Origin: Enterobacter phage EspM4VN
Sequence record: LC373201.2
DNA length: 64,000 bases
Direction: 5' to 3' (one strand)
The stretch's first letter is position 1, and each line of letters opens with the position of its first letter. A program made the position numbers and the translations under genes. Of this stretch, positions 19,097 through 28,243 are shown in pieces. A model generated the notes under the pieces. It saw only the letters and a list, made by a program, of their open reading frames with translations. It ran no database searches and was not told where the DNA came from.

Positions 19097-19792
19097 ATGG
19101 CCAGACCATTTGAAAATTACTTCTACCATGAGTCGCTGCTGAAATACATCAATCTGTTCGCCACCATCATGTCTGATCTGAAGGTGGACACAGAGCGCGG
19201 TCTTATGGAAGTCCCGTTACACATGGCCATCGGGCGACGCAATGACCTCAATCGCAACGTGCCGTCCAATATGTTGCCGTTTGCGACGTTCAGCTTTGGG
19301 CAATTTGAACCGAATAAGAACGTGACGAAGTCATTCCACAACCGCCAGAGCACCCAGACAGCAGGGGCGAAGCAACGCATCCCCATCAATATCGATTTTG
19401 AGTACAACATTCGGACGAAGAAATTGATCGAGATGCTTCAGGTGTTGGAACAGATCTATTCTGTGTTCACGCCATCTCTGGACTGCGCTATCAAGGACAA
19501 CGATACACTACAGCAAGACCAGAAGATCAAGCTGCAGCTGACAGGTCACCAGATGTCCGACAACTGGGAGGGAGACGCTTCCGAATCACCACATGTTGAT
19601 TGCACTTTCACCTTCGTGGTCAGTGGGTTCATCTATGGATACGACTATTGGGTGGACAACGGCGGCGGTGGGGATCCTAACGGGATCAAAGAGATAATTA
19701 TCGAAATGTCTAATGATTTGAAAACGCCGTGGTCGGAACTGCCAGAGTGGTTCCGCGTCGATAAAGACGGTGTACATCATCCTGGAGATTGA
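19097..19792 (+). CDS. gp15: tail sheath stabiliser / tail terminator, T4 gp15 homologue
   Basis: The N-terminus FENYFYHESLLKYINLFATIMSDLKVD aligns with T4 gp15 FGYFYNSSFRRYATLMGDLFSNIQIKR. LPFATFSFGQFEPNKNV aligns with LPRINLHLVDFSYNAPFKTN. Confidence 0.65.
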   Translation: MARPFENYFYHESLLKYINLFATIMSDLKVDTERGLMEVPLHMAIGRRNDLNRNVPSNMLPFATFSFGQFEPNKNVTKSFHNRQSTQTAGAKQRIPINIDFEYNIRTKKLIEMLQVLEQIYSVFTPSLDCAIKDNDTLQQDQKIKLQLTGHQMSDNWEGDASESPHVDCTFTFVVSGFIYGYDYWVDNGGGGDPNGIKEIIIEMSNDLKTPWSELPEWFRVDKDGVHHPGD

Positions 19793-19794
19793 TT

Positions 19795-20490
19795 ATGAGT
19801 GCTATGTCAGAACGCCTATTGTCCACCCTCGGTGCTATCCAAGCGCGGGATGAGGTCGCTCAGGAAGTGATGGAGAAGACCGCGCCTGTGGCTGGGAAAG
19901 ATTATGATCCAGATACTGGAGTGTGGTTGGGTGAAAAGCCTGCAGGGTATGAGCCTGTGGTGTTCCCTCCTTCTCTGGACCCAGAAGAGCTGAAGTCCAA
20001 GGATTCCAAAGTCCCAGACTTTGACGACACGGACGCCACCACGGATTACAAACGCATCCGCGACACGACTTACGCCATGCAGGAAGCCACGATGTTCATG
20101 ATGGGACAGGCGGCCAAACTCGCGACGACCACAGAAGCGCCTCGGGCGTTTACAGTCTTCAAGGAGTTGGGTGAACTCATGCGCGGCCTGAACAAAGACT
20201 TGATGGAGAACCAGAAGACCATCAAGGCAGTTACAGGCGACAAAGAGCCTCCAACAGATGACACGACTGTCGAGGTCACAACATCTCCAGATGGTGCAAC
20301 CAAGGTTACAGTCGGGAAACAGGCGCGTTCTTCTCGAGATCTACTCAAGACAATCGAGGATGCCAAGAAGCGTGCTGACGAGCGTACTCAGTCCAAGGTT
20401 AAGCCGAACGAAGAAGTGATAGACGTTCAGGCTGAACAACCTGTGGAACCGAAGGATGAAGGTGAAGACAATGGCGTATCAGAAGCGTGA
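19795..20490 (+). CDS. putative terminase small subunit (T4 gp16 position)
   Basis: GGAG RBS and ATG 19795. The acidic, helical 232-aa protein lies directly upstream of the large terminase and overlaps it, as gp16 does in T4. Confidence 0.45.
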   Translation: MSAMSERLLSTLGAIQARDEVAQEVMEKTAPVAGKDYDPDTGVWLGEKPAGYEPVVFPPSLDPEELKSKDSKVPDFDDTDATTDYKRIRDTTYAMQEATMFMMGQAAKLATTTEAPRAFTVFKELGELMRGLNKDLMENQKTIKAVTGDKEPPTDDTTVEVTTSPDGATKVTVGKQARSSRDLLKTIEDAKKRADERTQSKVKPNEEVIDVQAEQPVEPKDEGEDNGVSEA

Positions 20491-22681
20491 TATAGAATAT
20501 GCCCCGCTCAAGACGGGGTTCAAGATAGAAGACGTCAAATTGCGTATGGACCAAACGTTCATGCGCAAGCCGTCTGTGCGCGCCCCTCGTGTCCAGTTGA
20601 TGTTGACAGATGAGCAGGAAGATGAATTCGTCGAATGCGCGATGGATGCCCATTACTTCGCTGCCAACTACTACAAGATCACGACTATCGATAAAGGCTT
20701 CATCCTATTCGATATGCACGACTATCAGAAGCAGTTGTTCCATGACTTCCAGGATCACCGCTTCAACGCCGTTGTCCAGGCACGTCAGTCAGGTAAATGT
20801 GTGAAGGGTGACAGCATCGTCGAGGTCTACGACACAGTCAGCCAAGAAGAGTTTAAAGTCACCATCGAGGAGCTTCACAGCCGCTTCGAGGGACCGAACC
20901 ACGCCGAGCCACTGAACGCCTTTGGCAAACACGATAAGTTCGTAGACAGCCGCTTCGGCAAGCGTTATTTCGTTCGCTGTGATATAGGCTGGGTGCCTGT
21001 CATCGCCGCGCACAAGACCAAGCAGTATCAGGAATATGTTGTCGTCACTTCCAGCGGCCGTCGTATCAACGTGGCCGATGATCACATGTTCTTCAATCAG
21101 AATATGAAGGAAGTGTTTGCCAAAGATCTGGTTGCTGGTTCACAGCTGATGACCGAAGAAGGTCTAGAAGAAGTCGTTGAGGTATGGCAGACTGGTGAGA
21201 TGCACCACATGTATGACCTACAGGTGAAATCCAGCGACCAGCGCTACTACACCAACGGCTTCCTCAGTCATAACACGACTGTTGTGGCTGCGTTCCTTCT
21301 CTGGTATGCGATGTTCCACTCTGACAAAGAGATCGCGGTACTGGCGAACAAAGAGAAGCAGGCGATTGAAATCCTTGACCGTATTCGTAAGGCGTATCAG
21401 GATTTGCCATTCTTCATCCAGCAGGGCTGTGAGAAGTTCGGCTCCACGCTCATCGAATTCGAGAACGGCTCGAAGATATACGCCTATGCAACATCTTCTG
21501 ACTCCATCCGTGGTCGATCTGTATCGCTCCTGTATGTGGACGAAGTGGCGTTCATCGAAAACGACTTTGAATTCTGGGAGTCAACATTCCCTGCGATTGC
21601 ATCTGCAGAGACTTCACGTTGTATCCTGACCAGTACACCGAAAGGCCAGCGCGGGTTGTTCTACGACATCGTCACCAAGGCGAACCCAGAACATCCTCAG
21701 TACAACGACTTCAATCTCACAGAGGTTCCATGGTATCGTGTGCCAACATACACCAAGGATCCAAACTGGGAATCCAAGCAGAGGGCGAAGCTGGGCGATG
21801 CACGTTTCGATCAGGAATTTGGCATCAAGTTCCGTGGGTCGGTCGGTTCACTTATCCCGGCCAAGTGCCTGGACAAGATGACCTCGAAGCTGTATCAGGA
21901 GCCGAACGAGTTCACCAAGATCTATCACGACTACGATCCGAAGCGAATCTATATGGGTATCGCAGATACAGGCAAGGGCGTCGAGGGGGATTATTCTGTG
22001 CTGACCATTATCGACATCACAGACTATCCTCACAAGATCGCAGCCAAGTATCGAAACAACACGATACCTCCAATGATGTATGCGTACACAATCGCCGATA
22101 TGGGCGAGAAGTATGGGACGTGTCCAATGTTGGTAGAAACCAACAACGACGTGGGTGGACAGGTAATCACAATTCTATATCAGGAAATTGAATATCCAGA
22201 GATCATCTTCACCACAACAGATGCGAAGGGTACTGGTAAGCGAATCGGCGGTAGGCGGCCTGAACCTGGTATCAACACCAACAAGAAGGTGCGCACAAAC
22301 GGCTGTGCCAACCTGAAAGCCCTGATCGAAAGGGAGATGCTGGTTGTTGACGATCAAGACACGATAGATGAACTCAGTACATTCGTATGGACTGGGACAA
22401 GGTATGAAGCCGATGATGGTTGTCATGATGACTGTGTAATGCCTCTTGTGCTGTATGCATGGGCGGTGAAACAAGAATGGTTTAGTGACCTCACCAATTC
22501 CAGTATCTCAGTCGACATGAGAGGCCGCTTGTCTGCGATGGAAGAATCGCAGATGATGCCTTTCGGTGGTGTGTTGTCGGCTCCTGATCCGTTCTCTGTG
22601 GAGAGTGTGCCAGGATTTGGTGGCGTGCAGGTTTATGACGAACGTTCTGGCATGTCCATGGAAGAATGGCTGAGACGGTGA
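20471..22681 (+). CDS. terL: terminase large subunit (T4 gp17 homologue) interrupted by an in-frame mini-intein in the Walker-A motif
   Basis: ARQSGK|[intein]|TTVVAAFLLW reconstitutes the T4 gp17 P-loop SRQLGKTTVVAIFLAHF. Downstream regions align with gp17 (KEIAVLANKEKQAIEILDRIRKAYQDLP ... GSKIYAYATSSDSIRGRSVSLLYVDEVAFI). The nuclease-domain region is also conserved. The start is taken at ATG 20471; GTG 20456 is also possible. Confidence 0.9.
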   Translation: MAYQKRDIEYAPLKTGFKIEDVKLRMDQTFMRKPSVRAPRVQLMLTDEQEDEFVECAMDAHYFAANYYKITTIDKGFILFDMHDYQKQLFHDFQDHRFNAVVQARQSGKCVKGDSIVEVYDTVSQEEFKVTIEELHSRFEGPNHAEPLNAFGKHDKFVDSRFGKRYFVRCDIGWVPVIAAHKTKQYQEYVVVTSSGRRINVADDHMFFNQNMKEVFAKDLVAGSQLMTEEGLEEVVEVWQTGEMHHMYDLQVKSSDQRYYTNGFLSHNTTVVAAFLLWYAMFHSDKEIAVLANKEKQAIEILDRIRKAYQDLPFFIQQGCEKFGSTLIEFENGSKIYAYATSSDSIRGRSVSLLYVDEVAFIENDFEFWESTFPAIASAETSRCILTSTPKGQRGLFYDIVTKANPEHPQYNDFNLTEVPWYRVPTYTKDPNWESKQRAKLGDARFDQEFGIKFRGSVGSLIPAKCLDKMTSKLYQEPNEFTKIYHDYDPKRIYMGIADTGKGVEGDYSVLTIIDITDYPHKIAAKYRNNTIPPMMYAYTIADMGEKYGTCPMLVETNNDVGGQVITILYQEIEYPEIIFTTTDAKGTGKRIGGRRPEPGINTNKKVRTNGCANLKALIEREMLVVDDQDTIDELSTFVWTGTRYEADDGCHDDCVMPLVLYAWAVKQEWFSDLTNSSISVDMRGRLSAMEESQMMPFGGVLSAPDPFSVESVPGFGGVQVYDERSGMSMEEWLRR
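20798..21274 (+). mobile_element. mini-intein (159 aa, no homing-endonuclease domain) inserted between Lys and Thr of the terminase P-loop
   Basis: It begins with Cys (CVKGDSIVEV, block A). It contains the block-B-like NVADDHMFF and ends YDLQVKSSDQRYYTNGFLSHN (block F/G, terminal His-Asn), followed by Thr (+1). Removing it restores a contiguous Walker-A motif. Confidence 0.85.
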
Positions 22682-22684
22682 TCA

Positions 22685-22692
22685 CTAAATAT
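22685..22692 (+). promoter_or_regulatory. late promoter variant CTAAATAT upstream of the tail sheath gene
   Basis: The sequence atcaCTAAATATctttcaaattgag lies about 40 nt before ATG 22733. Confidence 0.45.
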
Positions 22693-22732
22693 CTTTCAAA
22701 TTGAGCGAAACTCTACCGAGAAGGAATAAGAT

Positions 22733-24632
22733 TATGGCAACTACAAGCTTCAGCGTTGCGCCGTCCGTACAGTGGACGGAGCGTGATGCCACGCTTCAGA
22801 CGTCTCCGTCCGTTGTTGTTCAGGGCGCGACTGTTGGTAAATTCCAGTGGGGTGAAGTTGAACTCCCTGTGCTGGTTACTGGTGGTGAGACTGGTCTGGT
22901 GAAGAAATTCTTCAAACCTAACGATGACACTGCTGTCGACTTCCTGGTCGTGGCGGACTTCCTGTCCTATAGTTCTGTGGCATGGGTCACCCGTGTTGTC
23001 GGACCTCTGGCCAAGAACTCTGTGACCAAAGGCCAAACGGCGATCACCATCAAGAACAAATTGGACTTTGAATCAGCAAGCCCATCAGCATCTATCACCT
23101 GGACTGGTCGCTACCCTGGTTCTCTGGGTAACGATGTGGCGGTGAACATTTGTGACGCTGCGTCTTTCTCTACTTGGGAATTCCGCAACAACTTCGCTTA
23201 TGCTCCGCAGGCTGGTGAATACCACATTGTCGTTCTGGACAAAGTAGGTCGCATTACCAACTCTTCTGGTGCTGTTGGTCAGGTTGAGCGTATCTCCCTG
23301 TCCGGTACTGCGACCGCTGATGGCAACATCACCGTCGATGGCGTGGCTTACGACTTCCTGACTGGTGATACAGCGGCCGAGATTGCTGCTCAGCTGGGCA
23401 CTGATCTGGCGGCTCTGACAAACAAGTTCACCAACGTGGTAGCCAAGTCCAACACTGTGACTTTCACTCGCGTTGACATCGGTCCACAGACTGCAATTGC
23501 TGTTTCTGTTGAAGCCTCCAAAGGCATCACCATCGGCAACGTTGTAACCACTGTTGGTACTTCCGGCTCCATCATCGAGAAGTATGAACTGATGCAGCAG
23601 ACCCAGGGTTCTAAGAAATCCGACGGCGCGAATGCATACTTCAAAGATGTGATCAACGACACGTCCAACTGGGTGTATGTCTTCACCGATACTCTGGCGG
23701 CTGGCGTGACCGAGCTGGAAGGTGGTGTTGACGATTACGATGTGAACCGCGTGGCGGCCATCGAAGTTCTGAACAACGCAGAAGCCTACGCCGCCAAACC
23801 AGTGTTCGCATACTGTGAAGAACTCATCGAGCAGCAGGCCATCATCGATCTGTCCACCGAGCGCAAAGACACCGTGTCCTTCGTTTCTCCACTGCGAGAT
23901 AACGTTGTTGGCAACCGTGGTCGTGAGATGGATGATGTTGTGGCCTGGCGTGAAAGCCTGGTGCGCGACTCCTCCTACTTCTTCATGGATGACAACTGGG
24001 CGTATGTGTACGACAAGTACAACGACAAGATGCGTTGGATCCCTGCTTGTGGCGGTACGGCGGGTGTTTGGGCACGCAGCATTGAGCTGGCTGGTATCTA
24101 CAAGTCTCCGGCGTTCCATAACCGTGGCAAATACAACAACTACAACCGTATGGCGTGGTCTGCGTCTTCTGATGAGCGTGCTGTCCTGTATCGCAACCAG
24201 ATCAACAGCATCGTTACCTTCTCCACCGAAGGCATCGTGCTGTATGGCGACAAGACTGGCCTGACCCGCCCATCTGCGTTCGATCGCATCAACGTTCGCG
24301 GCCTGTTCATCATGGCAGAACAGAACATCGCTGCAATCGCCAAATACTACCTTGGTGAAAACAACGATGAGTTCACTCGCAGCCTGTTCAGCAACGCAGT
24401 GCGTCCGTATCTGCGCCAGCTGACCAACATGGGTGCGATCTATGACGGTACTGTCAAGTGTGATGCAGACAACAACACTGCCGATATCATCGCTGCGAAC
24501 CAGATGGTTGCGGGTATCTGGATGAAACCAGAATACTCTATCAACTGGGTGTACCTGGACTTCGCTGCTGTTCGTCCGGATATGGAGTTCAGCGAGATCG
24601 AAACGGGTGGTGGCATCGTAGCCGCATCCTGA
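22733..24632 (+). CDS. gp18: tail sheath protein, T4 gp18 homologue
   Basis: 632 aa. The N-terminal ...ATVGKFQWGEVELPV aligns with T4 gp18 ...ALAGKFQWGPAFQI. A GAAGGAA RBS precedes ATG 22733. Confidence 0.9.
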
Positions 24633-24636
24633 TAAG

Positions 24637-24665
24637 AAAGCCCGCTCCGGCGGGCAATTTCTTTG
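24637..24665 (+). terminator. intrinsic terminator (AAAGCCCGC-TCCG-GCGGGC, then AATTTCTTTG)
   Basis: Hairpin plus a T-rich tail after the sheath gene stop. Confidence 0.55.
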
Positions 24666-24670
24666 AAGAC

Positions 24671-24678
24671 CTAAATAG
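24671..24678 (+). promoter_or_regulatory. late promoter variant CTAAATAG upstream of the tail tube gene
   Basis: The sequence gaagacCTAAATAGaattgtg lies about 30 nt before ATG 24709. Confidence 0.4.
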
Positions 24679-24708
24679 AATTGTGTAACTCTTTTTGGAG
24701 AATCTATA

Positions 24709-25241
24709 ATGGCTACAGTTAATGAATTTCGCGCGGCCATGTCACGTGGGGCGGCGTACAACGTCAGCACCGCTGGCGTGTGACCGTCAACTTCCCAGCT
24801 TTCGTAGCAGGTTCGGACACCATTCGTGACGTGTCCCTGTTGGCTGTAACGACCAACACCCCTACTGGTCAGCTGGGCGAGATCCTTGTGCCTTGGGGTG
24901 GTCGTGAACTTCCATTCCCTGGTGACCGTCGCTTCGAAGCACTGCCTATCACATTCATCAACGTGGTAGAGAACGGACCATACAATGCCTTTGAGGTCTG
25001 GCAGCAGTACATCAACGGTAGCAACAACAACCGTGCAAGCGCGAACGCTGACGACTACTTCCGTGACGTGATCATGGAGTTGCTGGACGCGAACGACAAC
25101 GTCACCAAGACCTGGACTCTGCAGGGGACCTGGCCTCAGAACCTCGGTCAGCTGGAACTGGATATGTCCGCGATGGACTCATATACTCAGTTCACTGTTG
25201 ATTTGCGCTACTTCCAAGCCATCTCTGACCGATCTCTCTAA
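24709..25241 (+). CDS. gp19: tail tube protein, T4 gp19 homologue; the reading frame is broken by an apparent 1-nt deletion near 24778-24783 (the N-terminal 24 codons are in a different frame from the rest)
   Basis: The first segment (ATG 24709, GGAGAA RBS) encodes MATVNEFRAAMSRGAAYNVSTAGV and then hits TGA. It aligns with the T4 gp19 N-terminus MFVDDVTRAFESGDFARPNLFQV. The -1 frame from 24780 encodes TVNFPAFVAG ... GDRRFEALPITFIN ... TWTLQGTWPQNLGQLELD, which aligns with gp19 NFTFQ ... GDRTFDDWTVTVMN ... IKGLWPTNVGELQLD. There is no slippery heptamer. The gene is essential, so a sequencing indel is the most likely explanation. Confidence 0.75.
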
Positions 25242-25254
25242 TGTCCTCAGTGCT

Positions 25255-25274
25255 GGGGGAATCTTTATTCCCCC
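25255..25274 (+). terminator. hairpin GGGGGAAT-CTTT-ATTCCCCC after the tail tube gene
   Basis: Perfect 8-bp stem. It is followed by tcactaattacaag, a CTAAATAC-like element ahead of the portal gene. Confidence 0.5.
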
Positions 25275-25308
25275 TCACTAATTACAAGAAAATGTTGAGG
25301 ACTTAATC

Positions 25309-27000
25309 ATGGCATTCGGTAATGGTGCATTCGGTAACGGGTTCTTCGGTCTGTTCGGTACTGGCGGGAAGATTGAAGCCCCAGTAGACACCGACAAGCT
25401 GGTAACGAACCAAGAAGAGAAGTTGCTTTCTAAAGCAACTGTTGTTGCGCTGGACGATGCTCAGGATGGTTCTATCATCTTGCAGGGCGGTGCCAACACA
25501 TTCAATTTCGTAGGCGTTGAGAGTGAACTGCTCAGCGTCAAACAAGTCGTCGAAGAATACCAGTCTATGGCTCAGCAACCTGAGATCCGTAAGGCTGTCG
25601 ACATCATCGTGAACGACGTCGTCACCTGTGAAGAGGATGAGACGCCAGTCACCATCAATCTAGAGAAGGTTGAGGGGATCAATGACGCTCTGAAAGAGAA
25701 GATCAGCGATGCCTTCAAGGAAGTTCTTGAACTCATGGACTTCGACAACACCGCATACCAAAAGATCCGTCGCTGGTATGTAGAAGGTCGTCAGGCTTAC
25801 CATGTTGTTGTTGATCCCAAGAACAAGAAGAATGGTATCGCCAAGCTGGTGATGCTGGACTCTCGTTGTATCCGGCCTGTGTATATCGTTCAGAAAGAAC
25901 TTCGCGATGGCGTTGAAGTTATCAGCAATGTCAAACTTCAATACTACTACAATCCGAATTACAACCGCAATCAGTTCACTGGCCAGTCTGGCACTTCACA
26001 GAACTTTCAGCCGTCTCAGCAAGAACTGGTGTTTGATGAAGAAAGCATTGTCTACATCGACAGCGGTGAAGATCCATTGGCCAATGGGGTTATCCCAGGC
26101 CTGCTGAACCCTGCTATCCGTCCCCTGAACAACCTCGTTACAACTGAGGATGCGACGGTCATCTATGCCATCACACGTGCCCCTGAGAAGCGAGCGTTCT
26201 ATCTCGACGTGGGTACTCTGGGCAAGAAGTCTGCGGAAGAGTATATGCAGGCGATGATGGGTAAGTTCAAGAACCGTCTGGCGTATGACCGCACCACTGG
26301 TAAAGTAGCAGGCAACACCCATCTGATGGGTATCGCTGAAGACTACTGGTTGCCACGCCGTGAAGGTCAGAACGCAACGGAGATATCCAACGTAGGTGGT
26401 GGCGATCAGCTGGGTCAAATGGATCACGTAGTATACTTCCGCGAGAAGCTCTATGAGGCTCTGATGATCCCTAAGAGCCGTCTCCAAGAGGAAGGTTCCA
26501 TCAACATCGGCGGTTCCAATCTTGCTGAGATCACCCAGGAAGAACTGCGCTTCAACAAATTCTGTGCAGGCCTGCGTCGTCGTTATTCAGGATTCTTCCT
26601 TGAACTTCTTCGCCGTCAGCTGATCCTGAAGAACATCACCGACCAGACTGATTGGAACGAAAAGATCAAGCCGTTTGTCAAGTTCGAGTTCACTTCCGAC
26701 AGCTTCATTCGTGAGCAGCAGGAAAACGAAATCCTGGCGCAACGCATGTCTGCTCTTGGCCAGATCGAACCGTACATTGGCACTCTATTCTCTATCGATT
26801 ATGCTCAGCGCAATCTGCTGCGTATGTCTGACGAAGACATCAAAGAACAGCAAGAGAAGATCGCGCAAGAGAAGAAAGACGGGAAATATCCTGAAGTGCA
26901 GGCAGATGAATCCGGCGGCTTCGGCGGCGGCGAAGTCAGCCCACTGAAATTCAGACCTAACGTCATCCCAGCGCCAATCCAGCCTGGTGGTGAAGAATAA
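25309..27000 (+). CDS. gp20: portal protein, T4 gp20 homologue
   Basis: RRWYVEGRQAYHVVVDPKNKKNGIAKLVMLD aligns with T4 gp20 [31 protein letters not shown]. Further matches include VIYAITRAPEKRAFYLDVGT and EDYWLPRREGQNATEI. Confidence 0.9.
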   Translation: MAFGNGAFGNGFFGLFGTGGKIEAPVDTDKLVTNQEEKLLSKATVVALDDAQDGSIILQGGANTFNFVGVESELLSVKQVVEEYQSMAQQPEIRKAVDIIVNDVVTCEEDETPVTINLEKVEGINDALKEKISDAFKEVLELMDFDNTAYQKIRRWYVEGRQAYHVVVDPKNKKNGIAKLVMLDSRCIRPVYIVQKELRDGVEVISNVKLQYYYNPNYNRNQFTGQSGTSQNFQPSQQELVFDEESIVYIDSGEDPLANGVIPGLLNPAIRPLNNLVTTEDATVIYAITRAPEKRAFYLDVGTLGKKSAEEYMQAMMGKFKNRLAYDRTTGKVAGNTHLMGIAEDYWLPRREGQNATEISNVGGGDQLGQMDHVVYFREKLYEALMIPKSRLQEEGSINIGGSNLAEITQEELRFNKFCAGLRRRYSGFFLELLRRQLILKNITDQTDWNEKIKPFVKFEFTSDSFIREQQENEILAQRMSALGQIEPYIGTLFSIDYAQRNLLRMSDEDIKEQQEKIAQEKKDGKYPEVQADESGGFGGGEVSPLKFRPNVIPAPIQPGGEE

Positions 27001-27038
27001 TTCGACTAAGTATAGAAAACATTTGAGAGGATATGATC

Positions 27039-27206
27039 ATGGCCGCTATCGATCTGGTAAAAGCAATCATCGCTGGTGACACCGATGCTGCTGTTGCTGA
27101 ATGTCAAACTGAACTGTCTGCTCGCGCCCAGGAACTCGTTCAACAGGGCACCGCATATGTCATGAACTCTCTGAGTCAAGACATGTCTCCTGCGAAAGAC
27201 GAATAA
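27039..27206 (+). CDS. small prohead core protein (T4 gp67-like), 55 aa; absent from the supplied ORF track because it is under 60 aa
   Basis: GAGAGG RBS. MAAIDLVKAIIAGDTDAAVAECQTELSARA aligns with T4 gp67 LIEAIKSNDLVAARKLFAEAMAART. It occupies the gp67 position between the portal and gp68/gp21. Confidence 0.5.
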   Translation: MAAIDLVKAIIAGDTDAAVAECQTELSARAQELVQQGTAYVMNSLSQDMSPAKDE

Positions 27207-27216
27207 GGAGAGCATC

Positions 27217-27522
27217 ATGGAAATCGAAGAAGTTGCGACATTCGCTGATTTCCTGGCTTCCCGCATGGACGAGCAGAAAGTCATTGACAAGGTGAATGCA
27301 AAAGGTAAACGCCGCCGCCGCCTGCAATGTGCTCCTGGTTTCAAATTGTCTGCAGATGGTTCTCGTTGTGAGGTTATGGTTGCCAGTGAGCGCCGTACTC
27401 GCAAGCTGGGCAACCGCAAGGCAATCCGAGCCAAGAAACGCATGGGCATGGGCTACAATCGCAAGATTGAGCGTCGTAAGAAGAAAGCGATGAAGTTCCG
27501 CAAAATGATGGGACTGAGTTAA
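27217..27522 (+). CDS. prohead core protein (gp68 position), very basic C-terminus
   Basis: 101 aa with a KR-rich tail (KGKRRRRLQ ... KKRMGMGYNRKIERRKKKAMKFRK). It sits between the gp67-like gene and the prohead protease. Confidence 0.45.
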   Translation: MEIEEVATFADFLASRMDEQKVIDKVNAKGKRRRRLQCAPGFKLSADGSRCEVMVASERRTRKLGNRKAIRAKKRMGMGYNRKIERRKKKAMKFRKMMGLS

Positions 27523-27529
27523 GGAGCGA

Positions 27530-28198
27530 ATGATGAAACTGTTGCGTGAGATCACGGCGATAGGGAAAGACCTCCAAATCGGTGAAAGCACCACCTCCAC
27601 TGGGGGTAAGGCTATGTTCATCGAAGGTCCATTCGTGATGTGTAATCAGGTGAACCGTAATGGACGCAACTACGATCTCCAGAAAGTGGGCATGCCAGCT
27701 GTCGAAGCATATGACAAAGAGTATGTTCAAGATCGTCGCGCAATCGGTGAACTCAAACATCCCGACTACCCTTTCCCAGATATTGCTGAAGCTGCGCTGA
27801 AGACCGAGAGCCTCCGTTGGGAGGGCACGAACGCAATCGGTCGAGCGCGTGTGCTAAATACACCAAAAGGCCAGATCATTCGTGCTCTGGCTGAAGCAGA
27901 CTTCAACTTGGCCGTGTCTACACGTGGCCTTGGTGAGACCAAGTCAGTAAACGGTTATGATGACGTTCAACCTGGCTTTATGCTCACTGCTGTTGATGCA
28001 GTCGACCGTCCTTCTGGACAAGTTTGTTATGTAAAGGCTGTGAGCGAATCTGTTGAATGGCAGCTTGATGAATCTTCAGGGATTTGGGTTCCTAAGGACA
28101 TCAAAGGGCAAGTGGTCGATTCATTGGTGAAAACCAATATTCAGTTCGAAGACGACTTCCTGCGCCGCCTCGATATCGCATTGAGACATCTGGGCTGA
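27530..28198 (+). CDS. gp21: prohead core protease, T4 gp21 homologue
   Basis: RAIGELKHPDYPFPDIAEAAL ... GRARVLNTPKGQIIRALAEADFNLAVSTRGLGE aligns with T4 gp21 QALGELNHPPRANVDPMQAAI ... GRARVIEGDHGPGDKLAANIRAGWIPGVSSRGLGS. Confidence 0.85.
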   Translation: MMKLLREITAIGKDLQIGESTTSTGGKAMFIEGPFVMCNQVNRNGRNYDLQKVGMPAVEAYDKEYVQDRRAIGELKHPDYPFPDIAEAALKTESLRWEGTNAIGRARVLNTPKGQIIRALAEADFNLAVSTRGLGETKSVNGYDDVQPGFMLTAVDAVDRPSGQVCYVKAVSESVEWQLDESSGIWVPKDIKGQVVDSLVKTNIQFEDDFLRRLDIALRHLG

Positions 28199-28209
28199 AT
28201 TCAGCCTCA

Positions 28210-28217
28210 CTAAATAC
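28210..28217 (+). promoter_or_regulatory. late promoter variant CTAAATAC upstream of the scaffold gene
   Basis: The sequence cctcaCTAAATACtgaaaatcgttcag lies about 27 nt before ATG 28244. It includes a short ctgaa/ttcag inverted repeat. Confidence 0.45.
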
Positions 28218-28243
28218 TGAAAATCGTTCAGAAGGAAATAATC

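Noticed and set aside
23085-24770. 561-aa ORF on the minus strand antisense to the tail sheath gene, and similar long antisense ORFs (14484..15410, 52140..53000, 5813..6586, 43814..44800, 59767..60411)
   Set aside because: They lie entirely within well-supported, homology-confirmed plus-strand genes. They are Arg/His/Val-rich with no RBS. They are shadow ORFs.
24774-24783. Programmed -1 ribosomal frameshift in the tail tube gene
   Set aside because: There is no X_XXY_YYZ slippery heptamer and no downstream structure. Four other conserved genes in the window show similar single-base frame breaks, which points to sequence errors.
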